Shown here: piece after piece, positions 22,855-31,227 of the stretch
Layout of the letters: the number at the start of each line of letters is the position of its first letter
Position numbering within the stretch: position 1 is the first letter of the stretch
Assembly (NCBI RefSeq): GCF_900199515.1
Contig: NZ_LT963434.1
Span: forward strand, 2,042,180 to 2,074,179
Direction of reading: 5' to 3'
Source of the DNA: Massilicoli timonensis
Lineage (GTDB): Bacteria; Bacillota_I; Bacilli_A; Erysipelotrichales; Erysipelotrichaceae
Length of the DNA: 32,000 bases
Position numbers and translations under genes: made by a program
The notes under the pieces: model-generated
The model's input: only the letters and a program-made list of their open reading frames with translations
Told to the model about the DNA's origin: nothing
The model's database searches: none

Positions 22855-23766
22855 TTAAAGCGGCAGATTGCTCTCTTTTACGATATAGAGCGGTCGCTGC
22901 TTATTTTCCATATAATCTTTTGTTACATATTTGCCGACGATGCCGATGAAGATCAGCTGGATCCCACTTAGCAGCAATAAGATCGTGACCAATCCGATCG
23001 CAAAGCTTGGGGCAAATAGCAGAAAGCCTAGGGAGATGACAGATGCCAGACATAAGGCGATCCCCAATACCATCGCCATATGTACCGGTGCTTCAGAGAA
23101 AGATAAGATACCTTCCATCGCATAGGAGAATAATGATTTCAGGCTCCATTTACTGTTTCCGGCTGCCCGTTCTTCATCTTCAAAGGGAATCCATTTGGTC
23201 TTAAAGCCGACAAAGCTGAACAATCCTTTAGAATAGCGGTTGTATTCCTTCATTGATAAGATCGCATTGATCATACAGCGTTTCATCATCCGGAAATCGC
23301 CTTCGCCCTCTTTCATCTCGACATCGCTTAAACTGTTGATGACCTGATAAAAGTTGTGAGATACGAATTTGCGCAGTCTGCTGTCATGCGTGCGGGAAAT
23401 TCTGAGCCCACCGGCACAGTCATAGCCTTCTTCGCTGATCGCCGCATACATATCTTTCAAAAGATAAGGCGGATGTTGTAAATCAGCGTCCATGATGACC
23501 GCATAATCGCCATGACAGGCTTTTAATCCCGCATACATGGCCGCTTCTTTTCCGAAATTGCGGGAGAAAGAAACATAAATGCAGTGTTCGTCAATGGCTG
23601 ACAGCTGTTTGAGCAGCTTCAGCGTATCATCGCTTGAACCGTCATTGACCATGACGATTTCATAGTCCACCGGCATCTGATCCACCTGCTTACAGAGAGC
23701 TTCATGAAATAATAAGATGCTTTCTTCTTCATTGTAACATGGTACGATAATGCTTAATAAACTCAT
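22855..23766 (-). CDS. polyprenyl-phosphate glycosyltransferase (GtrB/CsbB type, GT2 with two C-terminal TM helices)
   Basis: SIIVPCYNEEE...VMVNDGSSDDT...IMDADLQHPP motifs with hydrophobic C-terminal helices. AAGGAG SD. Confidence 0.85.
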   Translation of the reverse strand: MSLLSIIVPCYNEEESILLFHEALCKQVDQMPVDYEIVMVNDGSSDDTLKLLKQLSAIDEHCIYVSFSRNFGKEAAMYAGLKACHGDYAVIMDADLQHPPYLLKDMYAAISEEGYDCAGGLRISRTHDSRLRKFVSHNFYQVINSLSDVEMKEGEGDFRMMKRCMINAILSMKEYNRYSKGLFSFVGFKTKWIPFEDEERAAGNSKWSLKSLFSYAMEGILSFSEAPVHMAMVLGIALCLASVISLGFLLFAPSFAIGLVTILLLLSGIQLIFIGIVGKYVTKDYMENKQRPLYIVKESNLPL

Positions 23767-24161
23767 ACGATCATCTCCTTATGTTCCTTGAATACAAATA
23801 TTTTGGCGGCGATATAATTAAACAGCAGCACAGCTCCCGATACAAACAGCTTAGAAAGCATGATGGCGATCGGCATCCGTGATAACAGAAATAATAAAAC
23901 ATTTTCCATCAGCAGGGAAAGCACTCTGCTGGTAAAAAAGGAAACCGCCTGCCGCGTGAGATTGCCTTTGCTTTGAAAAACGATGCCGCGGTTGGTAACG
24001 AAAGCAAATAAAACGGCAAATATCCATGCGATGCTGTTTGATGCGATCAGTTCAATGCCTAAGATCACATGGCATAAATAAAACACGATAAAGTTAATGG
24101 CGGTCGTGCAGATGCCAAACCAGATATACAGCAGGGTTTCACGAATTTGTGCTTTTCTCAT
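23763..24161 (-). CDS. GtrA-family small membrane protein (putative lipid-linked sugar flippase)
   Basis: About 132 aa with four hydrophobic helices. It sits between yfhO-like and gtrB-like genes. GGAGG lies 10 nt before ATG 24161. ATGA overlap with gtrB. Confidence 0.7.
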   Translation of the reverse strand: MRKAQIRETLLYIWFGICTTAINFIVFYLCHVILGIELIASNSIAWIFAVLFAFVTNRGIVFQSKGNLTRQAVSFFTSRVLSLLMENVLLFLLSRMPIAIMLSKLFVSGAVLLFNYIAAKIFVFKEHKEMIV

Positions 24162-26631
24162 AACGAATGCGCCTCCATTTCGCAAATAACAATACGCCTA
24201 AGGCGGTAAGGGACAGGATCTGTGCAGGAACTTTCAGTGGCGGCTGAAAATGAATCTTCACACGGTGCGTGCCTTTGTCGATCTGACATCCCACAAAACT
24301 GAGATTTACCGTTTCGAGCGGTACCTTCTTGCCATCGATCCAGATCGTATAACCGTCCTGTAACGGCAAAGAAGTGATCAGCCAGCCGTCCTTCTGCATC
24401 GTGATCTTCGCTTCATAAACAGCGTTTGTTTCATCATAAGTTTCATCAGTTACTGCCGTTTTGTTCTGCCACATCGTCTGAAAAAGAGCAGTCGGCAGTC
24501 GATAGGTTCGGATGTCGCTGAGCTGATAGTTGCCCGAGGAGAAAGTGATCTCTAACTGATCGCTTTGATGGGTGTAAAAGGTAAATTGGGTATGATGATT
24601 GGGATAAGTGGCGCCGCTGCCGCTGAGACGGTTACGCATGCCGTTGATCGTTACATCCAGATCGTTATAGTTAGAATGGATCGGTTTGATCTGCATCGTC
24701 ATGATCAGGATCTCATCTTGTAAAGGGTCCTGCAATGACAAACGCATCGTCTCTTTTTGACGGCTGTTAATATGCAATGTGTTTTGCTTGGCGCTGATCC
24801 ATTTCCCCTGCCGGCTGATTTCCTGCAAGTTCCATGTTTCCTTTGTCGGCTGTATCTGTGTGGTTTCGATCATGTCTTTGTCAGCAGAAACGACCGGTGT
24901 CAGTAAGAGCTGCGCGATCTTGTCAATATCTGACAGTGATGCAAACTGTGTTTGGGAAATGACTTGATCGCTGCCATAAGCAAAGGGCAGCACGTTTTTA
25001 TTTTCATATAAGGTCAAAGCACCTTTTTCGGCAATCGGCACATAACCGTAAGGCGGCTTGTTCTCGCTGATCAGATAGCGGGAAGAGCTGAAAGCCAAAA
25101 AGAAGGGATTGCCGTTTTCCAAGGTCGATACACGATTGCGTAAGGAAAGGTTGTTGCGCATGACATCATAATAGAAATGATTGTAGGACTGGGCATGGAT
25201 CGAACTGTAAATAGAAGTTTTGCCAAGCGGTGCCATGCTGAGATTCATCGACTGTGCATTTTCATGGTAGTCGGCGATCTTTGTAAAAGGTGTATGCGCT
25301 AAATCCAGCGATGCGATCCATGCTTTTTTCGCTGCCAGTTCTTTGATCCGCGCATAGGAGATTCGCGGTTCTCCCTGATTCGCCTGTACCAAGATGATTG
25401 CCATGATCAGCAGATAAGCATAATAGCCCTTTTGTTTGCGATTACCATTAGCCCAAAGAATCACAAAGGCGATCACAAAATCCCAAAATGCCCACAGCAT
25501 GTTTTTTTGATAAACGATCAGCGCACTGATCAAAAGCAAACAGAGCGTTTGCTTGGCAGAAAGCGATTCATGACGATCCAGCCATTTACATGTTAATAAG
25601 ATCAAAAACGGAAGCAGAGGGATGAGCGCTTTCGGGCGGGCATATAAGCCAAGATTCATAAGGTAAAGACAGATCGGTAAAAACAATATGCCCAGCATCA
25701 CGATCGCCGCAATTCCCTCTCTGCTTTTATATTTTCCTGCCCATAGGAACAGACAGAATCCCATTAGCAGGCCGACCCCCATACAGTAAGGGGAATAAAG
25801 CAGCGCTTCCATCTTTATGTCCGGAGTGAAGAGCGCAGGCAGCGAAAACGCCGCAGATGTCTTTGCTCCGGATGTGAACAACGCATAGGCGCACGGCATC
25901 CAGAAGAAAGCCGATACCAGTACTGCCCCGCTATGCAATAGGATCAAACTTTTCCATAGCTTTTTGGCAGACAGTTGATGCGGATCCCAGCTCATCATCA
26001 GATAGGCGAAGCAGGCAAGCGCCCCACCGACCGTAAAATAAAAACTGGTCAAGATCATCATCGTGATCGCAAACAGATATAGATCGTATTTCTGCTTTTG
26101 TAATAAGCGATCCGCACCGTAAAAGCCTAGGATGACAAACGGCATGTAAAGCACGAAGATGACCTGTTTGGCGCTGTGATAAAACATCGGCGCCGCCAGC
26201 AAAAGACAGAGTGCTCCGAAAAACGCGGTTGCCGCTGCGACATGGCGTTTCAGAAAATGATGCAGCAAGATGGCGCTGCTTCCCAGCGCGCTTAAATGAA
26301 TGATCGGCAAGATGAGCGACATCGAAAGGAAAGGAAATAAGTAAGATAACAGCACATCATAGCGATATAAGCCATAGTAAGCAAATGAAAAAACATTTTG
26401 TCCGCTGCCAAGATCGCTCATGAAATCCGGAAATAAACGATGTGTTCGGTAAAAGAAAGAACGGAAATCATCGGCAATGGCGATGTGCTGCGTATACCAG
26501 TCAGTCGAGGATCCAAATCCCTCCAACCAGATCAAACAGCCAAGTGCGCATAAAAAGGGAATGGCAAATAAAATGAGATCTTTCCACGAACGTTTCCATG
26601 CGATTCCCAAAGCATGCGGAAGTCGGCGCAT
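24139..26631 (-). CDS. YfhO-family polytopic membrane glycosyltransferase
   Basis: 830 aa. Many TM helices, then a soluble C-terminal domain. The N-terminal DWYTQH...LGSGQNVFSFAYYGLY pattern is typical of YfhO proteins. Confidence 0.8.
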   Translation of the reverse strand: MRRLPHALGIAWKRSWKDLILFAIPFLCALGCLIWLEGFGSSTDWYTQHIAIADDFRSFFYRTHRLFPDFMSDLGSGQNVFSFAYYGLYRYDVLLSYLFPFLSMSLILPIIHLSALGSSAILLHHFLKRHVAAATAFFGALCLLLAAPMFYHSAKQVIFVLYMPFVILGFYGADRLLQKQKYDLYLFAITMMILTSFYFTVGGALACFAYLMMSWDPHQLSAKKLWKSLILLHSGAVLVSAFFWMPCAYALFTSGAKTSAAFSLPALFTPDIKMEALLYSPYCMGVGLLMGFCLFLWAGKYKSREGIAAIVMLGILFLPICLYLMNLGLYARPKALIPLLPFLILLTCKWLDRHESLSAKQTLCLLLISALIVYQKNMLWAFWDFVIAFVILWANGNRKQKGYYAYLLIMAIILVQANQGEPRISYARIKELAAKKAWIASLDLAHTPFTKIADYHENAQSMNLSMAPLGKTSIYSSIHAQSYNHFYYDVMRNNLSLRNRVSTLENGNPFFLAFSSSRYLISENKPPYGYVPIAEKGALTLYENKNVLPFAYGSDQVISQTQFASLSDIDKIAQLLLTPVVSADKDMIETTQIQPTKETWNLQEISRQGKWISAKQNTLHINSRQKETMRLSLQDPLQDEILIMTMQIKPIHSNYNDLDVTINGMRNRLSGSGATYPNHHTQFTFYTHQSDQLEITFSSGNYQLSDIRTYRLPTALFQTMWQNKTAVTDETYDETNAVYEAKITMQKDGWLITSLPLQDGYTIWIDGKKVPLETVNLSFVGCQIDKGTHRVKIHFQPPLKVPAQILSLTALGVLLFAKWRRIRYEKSTNS

Positions 26632-26694
26632 AGCATCATCTCCTTTTCACACCGTTAGTTTCTCATCTATTTATTAAATTATGCCCTATGAAAA

Positions 26695-26710
26695 TCTTAA
26701 TAATTCTTAA
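26695..26710. promoter_or_regulatory. 10-bp-phased direct repeat TCTTAA-n4-TCTTAA (candidate response-regulator box)
   Basis: TCTTAA at 26695-26700 and 26705-26710, in the 146-bp divergent region between yfhO and the response-regulator gene. Confidence 0.3.
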
Positions 26711-26777
26711 ACGCTGATAAAAAGTGAAAAAACTTGTTGTATAATGAGGACAAAGAATAGGAGAAGAGGATGGTCAT

Positions 26778-27467
26778 ATGCAAAATAAAATATTGGTCGT
26801 AGATGATAATCAGGAGATTCGTGAAGTGATCCGCGTATTATTAGGCAGTGAGGGTTATGAGATCATGGAAGCATCTAACGGAAGTGATGCCATTGCTTTG
26901 GCAAAACAAGCTGATCTGATCATTTTAGATATCATGATGCCGCAGACAGATGGCTTTCAGGCGTGTATCAAGATCCGTGAATTTTCCAATGCGCCGATCT
27001 TATTTTTAAGTGCCAAGGGGCTGGATCAGGACAAAGCATTAGGCTTTTCCAGCGGCGGCGATGATTATTTGACAAAGCCGTTTTCTTACAATGAGCTGCT
27101 TGCCCGCGTCAAAGCGCTGCTTAGAAGATATCAGGTCTATAAGGGAAAACGAGAAGAAGTCGAAGAACCGGTTTTACAAAGACAGGATCTGAAATTAGAT
27201 ACGAATACCCATGTCGTTTATCAAAACGGGAAACTGGTCAATTTGACCGATCTGGAATACCAGATCTTGTACTTGCTGATGAAATACCCGCACAAGATCT
27301 ATTCGATCCAGAATCTGTATGAGAGCATTTGGAAAGAACCGTATTTCTATACGGCCAATAATACCGTAATGGTACATATCCGGAATTTACGAAAGAAGCT
27401 GGAGGTGGACAGTGATGCGCCAAGCTACATCAAAACCGTTTGGGGAAAAGGATATCGCTTTGAATAA
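26778..27467 (+). CDS. OmpR/PhoB-family response regulator
   Basis: Receiver motifs ILVVDDN, LIILDIMMP and LSAKG, plus the winged-helix C-terminus YIKTVWGKGYRF. Confidence 0.9.
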   Translation: MQNKILVVDDNQEIREVIRVLLGSEGYEIMEASNGSDAIALAKQADLIILDIMMPQTDGFQACIKIREFSNAPILFLSAKGLDQDKALGFSSGGDDYLTKPFSYNELLARVKALLRRYQVYKGKREEVEEPVLQRQDLKLDTNTHVVYQNGKLVNLTDLEYQILYLLMKYPHKIYSIQNLYESIWKEPYFYTANNTVMVHIRNLRKKLEVDSDAPSYIKTVWGKGYRFE

Positions 27468-29385
27468 ACCGCATAAGATGAAGAAAAGCGCCTTTTTCAT
27501 CAGAGTTTACTTAGTGCTGCTGATCAGTGTGGTCACCTTCTTTACGCTTTATGCGTATCGCAATGACGTATTGGATTACTGGGTGGAAAAGAACCGGATC
27601 GATCCTTCGCCTACTTTGCAGGAGGTGGAAAACATAAAGAAAGCCTTTTTGCAATATGATCCCGGTCAAGGGGATAAACAGGCAGCGGAAACGATCATCA
27701 GAGAAGAACTCGGATCTGACTATGACTTCATGGTATTGATCGAAGGCACTTGGACCGATACACAATCCGAGGTAGAAGCGGAAGAGTACTACAATATGTA
27801 TGTGCAGTCTTATATTTCACCTATGAGCAGTTATAGAGCAGAGTATGCTTATAGCTTTTCACTGACCTTTGGTAATGACAAGGCAGGCGAGATCACGCTG
27901 TATCCGCTGTTTGGTGAATTCTATGCGATGGCAAGGACGGTCTGTCTGCTTTTGGCGCTGCTTGTCGGCTTGATCATTGCCATAGGACTTTATCTGTCAC
28001 ACCGCCATCATTTGGGCAGCCGGATCACGCAGCGGCTTATGAAAAGTCCCGCGTTGAAATGGCTGCATCATCTCTCTGTCAAACTGCTGGCAGTCAATTT
28101 ATTTGCGGTGCTGTTGGCAGCTTCCACCTTTTTCTTTTTATATGAGAACCGTTACAGTTTTTTTGAGTTTGTCAATGAAATCGGCTATCAAAGGCAGGAT
28201 GTCGATGCCGTTGCCAAACAGGTACAGACGATGATCGAAGAAAAGCAATACCGTTTTCATGTCGATGAATCATCAGAAAGCGCCAATGCGCAGGCGTTAA
28301 GCAAAGATATTGCGGCGCTGATACCGGAAGATCTCAATGTTTATCTATATGATGAAAACACGTTTTATTATGCCGGATCGTACCAAAACACAGAAACGCG
28401 CTTTGTTCGCGGAAGCATGTATAATGTCAATATCGTTGCCAATCCCTGTATCAGGATTTATCCGGCACAGCTGGCAGATGGGATCGGAGAATTATGGATC
28501 ATTTATTATCCGTTAGTGGAACTGGTATTGCCATATGTCATCGTGGTTGCAATGATTGCCATTTCTTTATATCTCATCATCAGTTTATCTTTTACGCAGA
28601 AAAAAGTAACGGAGATCCGTTATATTTATGACGATATCGAAGTATTGTCAAATGGGGATTGGGATCATGAGGTATTTCAGGAATCAAGCGATGAGATCGG
28701 GCAGCTGGGCGATCATCTGAACCATATGCGCATATCCTTTTCTGAGAACATGGAGAAAGAAGCAGAAGCGAAAAGGGCCAATCAGGAACTCATCAATGCG
28801 ATGTCGCATGATCTGCGTACGCCGCTTACTTCGCTCATGGGGTATTTGGAGATCCTGCAGCATGAAAAATATGAGCCGGAGCAGTTATCGGAATATTTGC
28901 ATAAGTGCATGGAGAAATGTGGGCAGTTGAAAGATCGGGCGGATTCTTTGTTTAATTACTTTATGGTGTTTTCCGAAGAACCGCTGGAATTACAGGAAAT
29001 CAGTATCTTTCAGTTTATGGAAATCGTGGATAACATGAAAGAGGAATTGGAATTAAACGGTTTTCACATTGCGATGGATGAATTATCGCAGGATGCACTG
29101 GTCGAGATCGACCGCAGACAGATGGAGCGTGTGTTTGACAATGTACGCACCAATCTGATGAAATATGCAAGAAAAGAGGGCGTAGAGATCAAACTGTTTT
29201 TAGATAAGCGTTTTACGATCATGATCAAAAACAGCTGTAAAAGACAAAGTGAAGCAGAGAGCAACTGCATCGGCTTAAAAAGCATTTATAAGATCATGGA
29301 GCGGCACCGCGGTAAAATGGAGGCGAAAAAGGAAGGAGAGGAATTTATCCTGTTTCTGCATTTCCCGATCTCGCATATCGCTTAA
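27415..29385 (+). CDS. sensor histidine kinase with four TM helices and two large extracytoplasmic loops
   Basis: H-box AMSHDLRTPLTSLMGYLEIL and N-box NVRTNLMKYA. The start is either ATG 27415 (GGAGGTGG SD 27401-27408, 53-nt overlap with the RR gene) or ATG 27478. Confidence 0.85.
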   Translation: MRQATSKPFGEKDIALNKPHKMKKSAFFIRVYLVLLISVVTFFTLYAYRNDVLDYWVEKNRIDPSPTLQEVENIKKAFLQYDPGQGDKQAAETIIREELGSDYDFMVLIEGTWTDTQSEVEAEEYYNMYVQSYISPMSSYRAEYAYSFSLTFGNDKAGEITLYPLFGEFYAMARTVCLLLALLVGLIIAIGLYLSHRHHLGSRITQRLMKSPALKWLHHLSVKLLAVNLFAVLLAASTFFFLYENRYSFFEFVNEIGYQRQDVDAVAKQVQTMIEEKQYRFHVDESSESANAQALSKDIAALIPEDLNVYLYDENTFYYAGSYQNTETRFVRGSMYNVNIVANPCIRIYPAQLADGIGELWIIYYPLVELVLPYVIVVAMIAISLYLIISLSFTQKKVTEIRYIYDDIEVLSNGDWDHEVFQESSDEIGQLGDHLNHMRISFSENMEKEAEAKRANQELINAMSHDLRTPLTSLMGYLEILQHEKYEPEQLSEYLHKCMEKCGQLKDRADSLFNYFMVFSEEPLELQEISIFQFMEIVDNMKEELELNGFHIAMDELSQDALVEIDRRQMERVFDNVRTNLMKYARKEGVEIKLFLDKRFTIMIKNSCKRQSEAESNCIGLKSIYKIMERHRGKMEAKKEGEEFILFLHFPISHIA

Positions 29386-29399
29386 AGAGATGGATATCA

Positions 29400-29436
29400 A
29401 AAGAAATGTCAGCAGTCGTGCGGCGTTTCTTTTTTT
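29400..29436 (+). terminator. rho-independent terminator
   Basis: 9-bp stem AAAGAAATG/CGTTTCTTT (one G-U) with a 15-nt loop, followed by a T-run. Confidence 0.55.
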
Positions 29437-29574
29437 GCATAGGACATTTGCGGGGAATGGGATTGTATAAAAAAAGATGATTTTGTAAACGATTACACTT
29501 TCTTTTTTTGAAACGTGCTTTTTCAGTTTGATTATATTATAATTACGATATGAGATAGAAAAGGAGAAACCATT

Positions 29575-31212
29575 ATGAATCGTGCTATTTATATTACCGG
29601 TCATAAAAATCCCGATACTGATTCGATCTGTGCGGCGATCGCTTATGCGCATCTGAAGCAAAGCTGCGGAATTGATGCGATCGCATGTCGCCTGGGCGAA
29701 CTGAACACAGAAACGGAATTTGTCCTGAATAAGTTTAAGGCGCCGCTGCCTAAGCTCATTCACAGTGCCCGCTGTAAGCTAAGCGACATCGACATGGATC
29801 AGGCAGAACTGGTCAGTCCCGATACGACGATCAAAGAGGCGTGGGATCTGATCATTCGCATCAAGAATAAATCACTGTTTGTCGTGGACGAGCAGCAGCG
29901 TTTGATCGGTGTCGTTTCGATGTCGAGCTTATCGAATGTGCTGATGAGTGATTTTAAGAACATCCGTGAATTTATGATGAAGACCCCACTATCTAATATA
30001 CAGAAAACATTGAATGCGACCTATATCGTAAAAAGCGATCTGTATAAAAGCAGCGGTTATGTGCATATTTTGGTGTCAGGCGATCTGGCGGATTGTGAAG
30101 ATGTCTTTGAAAATTCGATCGTGCTGCTGGGCAATCAGCCGGATATTCAAAAGAAAGCGATCTTGCAGGGGGCAAGCTGTATGATCGTGATCGGCAATCC
30201 GCAGGTAAGCGAGGAAATCATTGATCTGGCAAAAGAACGGGACTGTTCGATCCTCTCTACGCCATATGACGCATTGCAGGCAGCGCGCTTGATTTATCAG
30301 ACACCTTCGATCGACAATGTGATGGGTTTAGATGTCATGGTATTCCATGATCGGGAATTTGTCGATGATGTATCGGATAAGATGAGCAAGACGCGTTTCA
30401 GAAGTTATCCGGTGTTGGATGAGCATAAACGGGTCATCGGCGCCGTATCGCGTTTTCATCTGTTCAATTATGAAAAAAAGAAGCTGATCTTATTGGATCA
30501 TAATGAGCGTTCACAGAGCATCAATGATCTGGAAATGGCAGAAGTGCTGGAAATCATCGACCATCACCGCATCGGCGATATTGAAACGAGCAATCCGATC
30601 AATTTTCGCAACCAGCAGATCGGCAGCACCTGTTCCATTATTGCGACGATGTATAAAGAGCAGGGCATTGAGCCGACACCGACGATCGCGGGATTATTAT
30701 GTTGTGCGATCATATCGGATACGATGAATTTTAATTCTCCGACATCAACGGCACTGGATCGCTCGATTGCCGATGATCTGGCACAGCTTGCGGGCATTGA
30801 TACGGATGCGCTCGCCAAAGAAATGTATGAATCGGTGGCGACGCTGCGTTTTAAGTCTTTCGGGGAAATTCTTTATAATGATTTTAAGGAATTTTCCATA
30901 GAAGGCACCAGACTGGGGATCGGACAAATCAATCTGTTGGATATTCGTGAACTGGAGATCATCAAGAAAGAGTTTGTCAATTACATGGAAAAGGTCAATA
31001 ATGCGAATCAATATGATCTGCTGATGATGGTCTTTACCAATGCGGAAGGCAAGGGCAGCAATCTGGTGTTTGTGGGAAGCAAGGGCTGGATCATCGATCA
31101 GGCATTCAAAGATGCGCAGAAGGAAAAAATGTATTTTGTGGAGAATGTCGTATCGCGTAAAAAACAGCTGATTCCGGCAATCTCAAAAGTATTGAAGGAA
31201 GTATCGCTTTGA
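29575..31212 (+). CDS. family II (DHH/DHHA2) inorganic pyrophosphatase with CBS/DRTGG regulatory insert
   Basis: N-terminus ITGHKNPDTDSICAAIAYA, then LLDHNE and IIDHHRIG (DHH motifs). A CBS-like pair and a DRTGG-like segment are inserted. AAGGAG SD. Confidence 0.85.
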   Translation: MNRAIYITGHKNPDTDSICAAIAYAHLKQSCGIDAIACRLGELNTETEFVLNKFKAPLPKLIHSARCKLSDIDMDQAELVSPDTTIKEAWDLIIRIKNKSLFVVDEQQRLIGVVSMSSLSNVLMSDFKNIREFMMKTPLSNIQKTLNATYIVKSDLYKSSGYVHILVSGDLADCEDVFENSIVLLGNQPDIQKKAILQGASCMIVIGNPQVSEEIIDLAKERDCSILSTPYDALQAARLIYQTPSIDNVMGLDVMVFHDREFVDDVSDKMSKTRFRSYPVLDEHKRVIGAVSRFHLFNYEKKKLILLDHNERSQSINDLEMAEVLEIIDHHRIGDIETSNPINFRNQQIGSTCSIIATMYKEQGIEPTPTIAGLLCCAIISDTMNFNSPTSTALDRSIADDLAQLAGIDTDALAKEMYESVATLRFKSFGEILYNDFKEFSIEGTRLGIGQINLLDIRELEIIKKEFVNYMEKVNNANQYDLLMMVFTNAEGKGSNLVFVGSKGWIIDQAFKDAQKEKMYFVENVVSRKKQLIPAISKVLKEVSL

Positions 31213-31227
31213 TAAAGAGGTGATGGG

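Noticed and set aside
29275-29763. 162-aa minus-strand ORF spanning the kinase 3' end, the intergenic region and the pyrophosphatase 5' end.
   Set aside because: It overlaps two well-supported plus-strand genes and a terminator. It has no SD and no recognisable motifs.
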